Below, in pieces: positions 13,067-18,881 of a DNA stretch of 18,881 nucleotides. Below the pieces are notes generated by a model. The model ran no database searches, was not told where the DNA came from, and saw only the letters and a program-made list of their open reading frames with translations. Source of the stretch: a virus; IMG/VR virus record IMGVR_UViG_3300045988_178209, positions 1-18,881 of that record; one strand, written 5' to 3'. The stretch's first letter is position 1. Every line of letters begins with the position of its first letter. Made by a program: the position numbers and the translations under genes.

Positions 13067-14533
13067 ATGGCTACCGTATACACGAAAACCGATAATTACA
13101 GTCTTAACCTGTATGGCGACAATGACCCCGCCGACTTGAGGGACGGCTATAACGGCTCCATGCGCACTATCGATACGACTTTGGAAACGCATCTTAATCG
13201 CATCGAAGCCGTGGAGTCGCGTGAAACACATGACGAGGAAGTAGCCAAAGTACTGCTTGGTGACAATACCGTAGACGCCGCCACCGCAGCGAAAACCAAG
13301 TGGGACAAGGCAGGCACGGACGCAAGCAAGGCGATATCCGACGCGTCCCACGCAACTTCCAAAGCCGACGCCAACCTTGACCTGCTTGCGAAGTTGGGCG
13401 CGGACACGACCATCAAGGCCGCCGCAGCGAAAACCAAGTGGGACAAGGCCGGCACGGACGCAAGCAAGGCGATATCCGACGCGTCCCACGCAACTTCCAA
13501 AGCCGACGCCAACCTTGACCTGCTTGCGAAGTTGGGCGCGGACACGACCATCAACGCCACCGCAGCGAAAGCCAAGTGGGATAAGGCCTCGACGGATGTA
13601 AACGCGTTAACGAAGCGTGTGAACTATCTTTCCGGACTGGTCGATGAGAACATCATCGTCATCGGTGACAGTATTTCATACGGTATCGGCGCGTCGAGCC
13701 TGTCGAACTCGTGGGCGAACCGATTGGGCGCATATCGTGGGGCGACCGTCACCAACCTCGCCAAAAACGATGCCGGATATCTTAATGGCCCAACGCCTTT
13801 CCTCGACCAGCTTAAAAGCTATACTGGGGATAAGGACACGGTGACACGTATCCTCATTGCCGGTGGAATCAACGACAAAACCCACGTAGCGGACGGTACC
13901 GTCACCGACTCACGGCTCACCTCCGCCGTGCTCGCCCTATTGGACTATGCCCGGGCCAATTTCCCCCACGCTAAAATCCAAGTCATTCCGACCATCTGCG
14001 GTTTCACTCCGCCATCCATCTACAATGGGGGCGTACTGACGGCTCGTGACCGCATTATCACGGCATGCGGCATGCGACATGTTGAAGCGTTGCCTTATGC
14101 TTGGGAATGGCTTAACGGCAACAGGGATTGGAGCAGTGGCGATGACGTGCATCCGAACGACTCCGGAAACGAAATGCTGCTAAGACTGATCTGCGAGGCG
14201 ATGGACGGTGCGACGGTACGAAATTCATGGGATGGCTTTGTGGCCGGTCAGGACGCGCACGGCACGATAACCAACTCGTTCTTCCGCGTGGATGGTAACA
14301 CCGTGACATGTCATATTCAGGGCAAAGCCGTTAACAATACCGCAGCGTACACGAATTTCTTCCAGGTACCGGCCGCCGCACGTCATGTGACGAACTATTT
14401 CATTCCGAACAGTTTGAATAAGCTGTTTTATCTTAGCTATCAGCCTGACATTCGCGCCTGCGCCATTGGCACCACAACCGCCATCGCGGACAATACCGAA
14501 ATCTATCTGAGCTTCACGACGAGCCTCGGTTAG
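13067..14533 (+). CDS. Tail fibre with tandem-repeat stalk, SGNH/GDSL esterase domain and C-terminal beta-rich domain (488 aa)
   Basis: N-terminal module DNYSLNLYGDNDPADLRDGYNGSMRTIDTTLET. Two 46-aa repeats plus a partial third. SGNH blocks are IIVIGDSISYG (block I), ILIAGGINDK (block III) and DDVHPNDSG (block V). Confidence 0.85.
   Translation: MATVYTKTDNYSLNLYGDNDPADLRDGYNGSMRTIDTTLETHLNRIEAVESRETHDEEVAKVLLGDNTVDAATAAKTKWDKAGTDASKAISDASHATSKADANLDLLAKLGADTTIKAAAAKTKWDKAGTDASKAISDASHATSKADANLDLLAKLGADTTINATAAKAKWDKASTDVNALTKRVNYLSGLVDENIIVIGDSISYGIGASSLSNSWANRLGAYRGATVTNLAKNDAGYLNGPTPFLDQLKSYTGDKDTVTRILIAGGINDKTHVADGTVTDSRLTSAVLALLDYARANFPHAKIQVIPTICGFTPPSIYNGGVLTARDRIITACGMRHVEALPYAWEWLNGNRDWSSGDDVHPNDSGNEMLLRLICEAMDGATVRNSWDGFVAGQDAHGTITNSFFRVDGNTVTCHIQGKAVNNTAAYTNFFQVPAAARHVTNYFIPNSLNKLFYLSYQPDIRACAIGTTTAIADNTEIYLSFTTSLG
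13280..13600 (+). repeat. 138-bp in-frame tandem direct repeat (2 near-identical copies plus a diverged partial third)
   Basis: Copy 1 is 13280-13417 and copy 2 is 13418-13555, with only a few mismatches (e.g. 13283/13421, 13417/13555). A third copy starts at 13556 and diverges after ~13590. The unit encodes AAKTKWDKAGTDASKAISDASHATSKADANLDLLAKLGADTTIK. Confidence 0.95.
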
Positions 14534-14602
14534 TCACGGGAGTCGGACCATGATTCGTATCGAAAGGGGTGAGAGCGCCGTGAAGTAAGGTAGGCTCGAA
14601 GG

Positions 14603-14642
14603 ATGGCCATGCCACTATAATGGTGGTATGGCCATTACTTTT
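14603..14642 (+). terminator. Rho-independent terminator with TATAAT in its loop
   Basis: ATGGCCATGCCAC (14603-14615), loop TATAATg, GTGGTATGGCCAT (14623-14635, one G-U pair), then TACTTTT. Confidence 0.65.
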
Positions 14643-14659
14643 GACGAAAGAGCATTACG

Positions 14660-15916
14660 ATGAGCGATCAAAGCATGTATGCGATGTACGTGATCGGCAA
14701 GGTCGAATCGGGCAATTCGTGGACTGCGGTGAATTACAATGATCCGATCACCTTGGGCATGATGCAATGGTATGGGACGCGCGCCTACGGCCTCCTCGAC
14801 AAGGGGCGGACGGAGGATCCGACCGGATGGGCCCAATTCAAGCAGGACGCGCCCACTCTGGCCGGTCAGGTCGAATCCAACGACATCGCATGGACAGATA
14901 GATACTTGACCCGTGCGGAAGGCAATGCTTTCATCACCTGGGCGAATCGGATCGAATTCCATAAGGTCGAGCAGGACTTGTGGGAATCTGATTATGCGTC
15001 ATATTCCGCCACTTGCGACAATTACGGCTTCCCCGCCGGCAATGTCAGGGAGCGTATCTTCTTCATGAGCATGTACCATCAGTCGCCACAGCGAGCGCTG
15101 GTGGTGTTGGGCAATGTCAGCGCGACAGGATCTTTGGAGCTGTTCCATACCACCGCGCTCAATGATGCCGTGCTCGGCCGCTATCCGAGCCGATACGATA
15201 CCGCCTACCGACTGCTATCTTCTTGGGACGGTTCGAGCGCACCCCCGGATTTCGGGCAGTCCGGCAGTATCGACGTCACGCCGGGTGGCAATAATGCGGC
15301 CATCGAATCCAAGCCGAATGCCACGCGGTGGATACACTTGCAGGGAGATAACCTATATTTGCATGACGGAGGCAAGGTGAGTGTCTTCCGTCCCACCACC
15401 GCCCAGAATTGGGTCGAAAGCGTGAAGAAAGGCAATGATATTTCGGGCGGGCAGACCGAAGGGGGCAGTAGCAGTGGCGACGCCACTTCGGACCAGCGGA
15501 AAGTGTACGATCTTTACCTGTCGTGGCAGGGGCGTTTCGCTTATTCGCAGGCCGGAGGCCGATTGGATCCGCTCCACACCGGATACGGCGACTGTTCGAG
15601 CACGATCTGGCGAGCCTACCAGGATGCGCTCGGCATCGACGTGGGCACGTGGACCGGAGCCATGAAAGGCAAGGGTCGACGCGTCTATGCCAGTGGTGGT
15701 GCGAGCGTGGATGAAGCCTTGAAAAACGCGCAGACCGGTGACCTTCTGCTATTATGCTGGGGGTATGATTACGTCAATTACGATCACGTCGAAATGGTCA
15801 CCGGCGATGGTACGCATTGTCTCGGCCATGGCGGACCCGGCAATGGCCCGACCTTGAAAAGCATGGGAGCCGCCATGCGGGCCGCCGCGACATGGGAGAT
15901 CAGGCGTTACATTTAG
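14660..15916 (+). CDS. Tail-associated cell-wall hydrolase (gp13 analogue): N-terminal lysozyme/transglycosylase-like domain plus C-terminal NlpC/P60 endopeptidase
   Basis: The N-terminus VIGKVESGNSWTAVNYNDPITLGMMQW has a catalytic-Glu-type motif. The C-terminus has GYGDCSSTIWRAY (Cys) and YDHVEMV (His), typical of NlpC/P60. A Gly/Ser linker (GGQTEGGSSSGD) joins them. It occupies the slot of phi29 gene 13. Confidence 0.75.
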   Translation: MSDQSMYAMYVIGKVESGNSWTAVNYNDPITLGMMQWYGTRAYGLLDKGRTEDPTGWAQFKQDAPTLAGQVESNDIAWTDRYLTRAEGNAFITWANRIEFHKVEQDLWESDYASYSATCDNYGFPAGNVRERIFFMSMYHQSPQRALVVLGNVSATGSLELFHTTALNDAVLGRYPSRYDTAYRLLSSWDGSSAPPDFGQSGSIDVTPGGNNAAIESKPNATRWIHLQGDNLYLHDGGKVSVFRPTTAQNWVESVKKGNDISGGQTEGGSSSGDATSDQRKVYDLYLSWQGRFAYSQAGGRLDPLHTGYGDCSSTIWRAYQDALGIDVGTWTGAMKGKGRRVYASGGASVDEALKNAQTGDLLLLCWGYDYVNYDHVEMVTGDGTHCLGHGGPGNGPTLKSMGAAMRAAATWEIRRYI

Positions 15917-15926
15917 TCGAAACGTG

Positions 15927-15935
15927 TGATATAAT
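15927..15935 (+). promoter_or_regulatory. Putative promoter (extended -10 TGATATAAT) for the ATPase-holin-lysin unit
   Basis: The 9-mer is identical to the one at 5704-5712 and lies 11 nt after the stop of the tail lysin gene. Confidence 0.45.
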
Positions 15936-15983
15936 AGAGACGTCGGCATTGCAGGCACATAGATAACTTCCCTTGGCCGACAT

Positions 15984-16017
15984 GGGGGTGTGACGGTGGT
16001 CATGACGTCACACCCCC
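15984..16017 (+). other. GC-rich stem-loop in the leader of the ATPase gene (terminator/attenuator or RNA element)
   Basis: GGGGGTGTGACG (15984-15995), 10-nt loop, CGTCACACCCCC (16006-16017), then ttctcat (a weak U tract). A second helix GTCGGC/GCCGAC (~15943-15980) lies upstream. Confidence 0.5.
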
Positions 16018-16041
16018 TTCTCATATGGAGGAGGAGCTATC

Positions 16042-17109
16042 GTGGCATTGCAGACATTAGGCGAAAACGACTACTATAATCTTCACGACATCCTCACTCG
16101 CAATGCCCCATGGAATTTCATCATCGGAGCGCGCGGCCTCGGCAAAACATTCGCAGCCAAACAATACGGCATCAAGGAATACCTTAAACGTGGACACGAA
16201 TTCATCTACCTACGACGTACCGACGTGGAACAGAAACGCAAGGAGACATTCTTCAAAGACATCCAAAGCTTCTTCCCGGAATACGCTTTTCGCGTCAACG
16301 GCGAAAAGGGCCAATTGCATAAAAATTCGTGGGATGAAAAGGATTGGCGTACATGCTGTCACTTCATCGCCCTCTCCCAAGCCGGCGGACTGAAATCAGT
16401 CGCCTATCCGAAAGTCCATCTCATCATCTTCGATGAAATCTTCCCCGACAATCTACGCTTCCTCAGCAATGAAGTCAATTCCTTCTCCGAATTCTATAAT
16501 ACGGTGGACCGCTGGCAGGACAGGACCAAAGTCCTCTTCCTATCCAATGCCGTACAGAAAGCCAATCCGTATTTCGCCAAATACAGGCTAGACATCGGAG
16601 CACAGCAGAACACCCAACAACAGTACAAACTCTACTGTAACGGCTTCATCTGCCTCGAAATGGCCGACTACGGCGGATTTTCCGCAAAAATATCCAAATC
16701 CAAATTCGGCAGATTCCTCGAACAATACGACGCCGACTATGCGGATTACGCCATCCGCAACAAGTTCAAAGACGAATCAGACAAGCTCCTCGCCCCCATA
16801 CCCTCCGACAGTGAGCTCTCCTACACACTAGACACCACCGACTATGGACGCTTCGGTATCTGGATCACCATATCCGAGCGGGACGGCCACGCCTCCCAAT
16901 ACATTTCACGACGCATCCCCAAAGGCAACAACCGCCCCGTATACACGCTCGACCCCAATCACGTCGACGAAAAAACATGGTACATCAAAAAATCCGACGA
17001 TGTGATCAGACGACTCACCACCGGATACCGACTTGGCAAGATAAGATTCGAAGACTCCCAAGTCAAAGCGGATTTCGCCCTCATCATCGGAGACCTATTA
17101 GGAAAATAG
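16042..17109 (+). CDS. DNA packaging (encapsidation) ATPase, phi29 gp16-like
   Basis: Walker A is GARGLGKT and Walker B is HLIIFDE. At 355 aa it is typical of the gp16 family. GTG start lies 5 nt after GGAGGAGGAG. Confidence 0.9.
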   Translation: MALQTLGENDYYNLHDILTRNAPWNFIIGARGLGKTFAAKQYGIKEYLKRGHEFIYLRRTDVEQKRKETFFKDIQSFFPEYAFRVNGEKGQLHKNSWDEKDWRTCCHFIALSQAGGLKSVAYPKVHLIIFDEIFPDNLRFLSNEVNSFSEFYNTVDRWQDRTKVLFLSNAVQKANPYFAKYRLDIGAQQNTQQQYKLYCNGFICLEMADYGGFSAKISKSKFGRFLEQYDADYADYAIRNKFKDESDKLLAPIPSDSELSYTLDTTDYGRFGIWITISERDGHASQYISRRIPKGNNRPVYTLDPNHVDEKTWYIKKSDDVIRRLTTGYRLGKIRFEDSQVKADFALIIGDLLGK

Positions 17110-17125
17110 AAAGGAATCACAATAA

Positions 17126-17488
17126 ATGACACAGTCAGACATATGGTACACCATCGCCGTCATATTCTTCATCATCACGGATTACGTGACCGGAGTGGTC
17201 AAAGCCATCATGCAAAGCACTCTATCCTCTTCGAAAATGCGAGAAGGCCTAGGCCACAAATTCGCCTACCTCATACTCACACTGGTAGCATATTTCATCG
17301 ACACGATCAATTCGCATATCGACATCGGACTACCGGTCAGCGTATTCGTCTGCACAGTCAGCGGCATATGCCTCATCGAGCTTACCTCAATCCTCGAAAA
17401 CATCACCGCCATCAACCCCAGCCTGAAAAACGCATCATTCATGAACATCTTCGAACAAAACAGCACACCAAAACATAAGGAGGAATAA
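17126..17488 (+). CDS. Holin (Phage_holin_4_1 / TcdE-like)
   Basis: 120 aa with three hydrophobic segments. The family-typical N-terminus is ...ITDYVTGVVKAIMQSTLSSSKMREGLGHKFAYLIL.., and the C-terminal tail is polar and charged. The endolysin gene follows immediately. Confidence 0.85.
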   Translation: MTQSDIWYTIAVIFFIITDYVTGVVKAIMQSTLSSSKMREGLGHKFAYLILTLVAYFIDTINSHIDIGLPVSVFVCTVSGICLIELTSILENITAINPSLKNASFMNIFEQNSTPKHKEE

Positions 17489-17491
17489 GCC

Positions 17492-18355
17492 ATAAACAAC
17501 ATCACATGGATAGGCTCACCAAACCATTACACAGGACGAGCCGGACACAACATCACCCACATCACCCTACACATCATGGTCGGACACCTCGCCGGCACCG
17601 ACAGCGTATTCCAACACCCCGGAGGAGCCTCAGCACACTACGGCATCGGCGCAGACGGCACCATCCATCAATACGTAAGCGAAGCAGACGGATCATGGTC
17701 AGACGCCAACCGCGAATCAAACCTTTCAACAATCAGCATCGAACACGAAGGAGGCAAAGCCGGAATACCATGCACACAAGCCTGCATGGACGCTTCCGCC
17801 CAACTCTGCGCCGACATCGCCCGCAGATACGGGTGGACACGCCTATGGTACGACGGACTCAACGGCAACATCTGGCTCCATCGAGAAATCCCAGGCACCG
17901 ACCACTACGGTTGCCCAGATAAAACCATCAACGGCCTGAACATAAACTACGTAATCAACAAAGCCAACGAGATACTAAAAGGAGACAATATGACAAGCGC
18001 ACAAGACATTTGGGATTACCCCATCGGAACCGAAGGCACCGCAGGCAAAAACAATCAACCCGCCTGGACTCGACTCAGCTGGATCCACCAAGACACCACA
18101 AGACTCTACGCCACACTAGGACGCACCGACGACGGCGGCACCAAAGACGGAAGCAAAGGCGACATCTACACGCGCATCTGCTACATCGACAAACGCATAC
18201 GCGAAATGAGCGCCACCATAACCGCACAAGCCACCGCCATCGAAACATTAAGCAAAGCCATCGGAACCAACCCCACCAACATCGCACAAATAGTACAAGA
18301 TGCAGTAAAAACCAAGCTAGACAGCCTACAAATCACAGTAACCAACAAACAATAA
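17492..18355 (+). CDS. Endolysin: N-acetylmuramoyl-L-alanine amidase (Amidase_2/PGRP) plus unknown C-terminal domain; non-canonical start proposed
   Basis: The amidase signature INNITWIGSPNHYTGRAGHNITHITLHIMVGH...SAHYGIG...ISIEHEGG...WLHREIPGTDHYGCPD begins upstream of the first ATG (17576). No ATG/GTG/TTG/CTG lies in frame between the holin stop (17486-17488) and 17576. ATA 17492 lies 8 nt after AAGGAGG (17477-17483). The coding body is certain; the exact start is not. Confidence 0.8.
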   Translation: MNNITWIGSPNHYTGRAGHNITHITLHIMVGHLAGTDSVFQHPGGASAHYGIGADGTIHQYVSEADGSWSDANRESNLSTISIEHEGGKAGIPCTQACMDASAQLCADIARRYGWTRLWYDGLNGNIWLHREIPGTDHYGCPDKTINGLNINYVINKANEILKGDNMTSAQDIWDYPIGTEGTAGKNNQPAWTRLSWIHQDTTRLYATLGRTDDGGTKDGSKGDIYTRICYIDKRIREMSATITAQATAIETLSKAIGTNPTNIAQIVQDAVKTKLDSLQITVTNKQ

Positions 18356-18366
18356 GACAACACAAG

Positions 18367-18399
18367 AAAAGCCCCTAGGAAATCAACCTAGGGGCTTTT
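18367..18399. terminator. Bidirectional rho-independent terminator between convergent genes
   Basis: AAAAGCCCCTAGG (18367-18379), loop aaatcaa, CCTAGGGGCTTTT (18387-18399). The A-run and T-run flanks allow termination in both directions. Confidence 0.85.
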
Positions 18400-18410
18400 A
18401 CTATCACCAT

Positions 18411-18731
18411 TCAAACCTCCACCAACTCATACCGGTCACCCAACACCTCATCAAAAGCACCAAGCCTAAAACCATAATCAGCAAGAAAATCATTCGCACA
18501 AGCCTCCCACTCATCCTCATCCTCACCAAACACACCCTCAACACGCTCAGCACAACAATGAACACACTCAGACTCAGAATCAATATACCACCGTCCATCA
18601 AAATCATACCACATACCCTTACCAGTAACCGCATCAAGAATAAGCAAAACATCATACGAATAACCCGCACACACAGCAACCGGCTTAACAGTAACCCTCT
18701 CACCAGTAGCGACATCAGTTGCAACAAACAA
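18411..18731 (-). CDS. Terminal acidic protein (~106 aa), paralogue of the left-end ORF; function unknown
   Basis: This is the mirror of 151-492. TTG (complement of 18729-18731) is preceded by AAGGAAAGGAA. I counted 24 D/E against 7 K/R. The shared C-terminus is DEWEACANDFLADYGFRLGAFDEVLGDRYELV. The track ORF extends into the ITR (to 18863), which I regard as an artefact. Confidence 0.6.
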   Translation of the reverse strand: MFVATDVATGERVTVKPVAVCAGYSYDVLLILDAVTGKGMWYDFDGRWYIDSESECVHCCAERVEGVFGEDEDEWEACANDFLADYGFRLGAFDEVLGDRYELVEV

Positions 18732-18881
18732 TTCACATTCCTTTCCTTGAAGTTTGTAACTACAGCATACCACACAAACAACAACAACACAACCCGAAAA
18801 ACACAAACACAGAAAAAACAAAAAAAAAACAACCAAGACAACAACCACAACACCCCACCACACACAACACCAACCAACCCA
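18718..18881. repeat. Right inverted terminal repeat (ITR)
   Basis: Reverse complement of 1-164: exact over 18745-18881, with 2 mismatches further in. Confidence 0.95.
18764..18792 (-). promoter_or_regulatory. Right-end copy of the ITR-embedded putative promoter
   Basis: Exact reverse complement of 90-118 (inside the perfect 137-bp ITR), facing inward toward the terminal ORF. Confidence 0.35.

Noticed and set aside
13031-13575. Two overlapping minus-strand ORFs (152 and 142 aa) containing internal repeats.
   Set aside because: Their repeats are the reverse-frame image of the 138-bp tandem duplication inside the + strand fibre gene, which has a clear SGNH domain downstream in the same frame.
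13280-13600. A tandem repeat that could be mistaken for a CRISPR-like or other non-coding array.
   Set aside because: The units abut directly with no spacers, are 138 bp long, lie in frame within a coding sequence, and encode a repeated peptide.
17506-17922. A 138-aa ORF starting at the only nearby ATG (MDRLTKPLHRTSRTQHHPHHPTHHGRTPRR...), plus similar ORFs at 17143-17478, 18010-18378 and 18075-18287.
   Set aside because: These are His/Pro/Arg/Thr low-complexity translations produced by the A+C-rich strand in the wrong frame. The overlapping frames encode clear holin and Amidase_2 motifs.
1-18881. A search for lysogeny, mobile-element or defence modules (integrase, repressor, transposase, CRISPR, tRNA).
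   Set aside because: No matching motifs, DDE or tyrosine-recombinase signatures, tRNA-like cloverleaf regions or spacer arrays were seen. The gene content is fully explained by a small lytic phi29-like phage.

Overview
The window looks like a complete linear genome (18,881 bp) of a small phi29-like, protein-primed podophage. It is bounded by exact 137-bp inverted terminal repeats (ITRs). All genes but one are on the + strand. From left to right: (1) A G+T-rich early arm (~1-2490) with about 8 small ORFans. (2) A replication module: p5-like SSB, a basic terminal-protein candidate, and a compact 482-aa family-B DNA polymerase. (3) A 230-bp non-coding gap with a promoter-like element, a strong terminator and a late promoter. 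(4) A phi29-syntenic morphogenesis block: acidic scaffold, capsid with a Big_2 domain, gp9-like tail knob, gp10-like connector, gp11-like lower collar, four appendage/fibre ORFs (one with an SGNH esterase domain and a 138-bp tandem duplication), and a gp13-like tail lysin. (5) An A+C-rich right arm: gp16-like packaging ATPase, holin, and an Amidase_2 endolysin. (6) One inward-facing terminal ORF on the - strand, a diverged paralogue of the leftmost ORF. The most unusual points are: an almost A/C-free ITR carrying a promoter-like element; acidic paralogues at both ends; opposite strand-composition skews in the two arms with sharp boundaries; a polymerase with apparently degenerate exonuclease motifs; a promoter-to-terminator non-coding unit downstream of the polymerase (a possible pRNA-like RNA); three tail proteins sharing one N-terminal module; and an endolysin with no canonical start codon, in frame with the holin. 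No tRNA, rRNA, CRISPR, integrase or transposase was seen. All homology statements come from motifs recognised by eye, not from searches.
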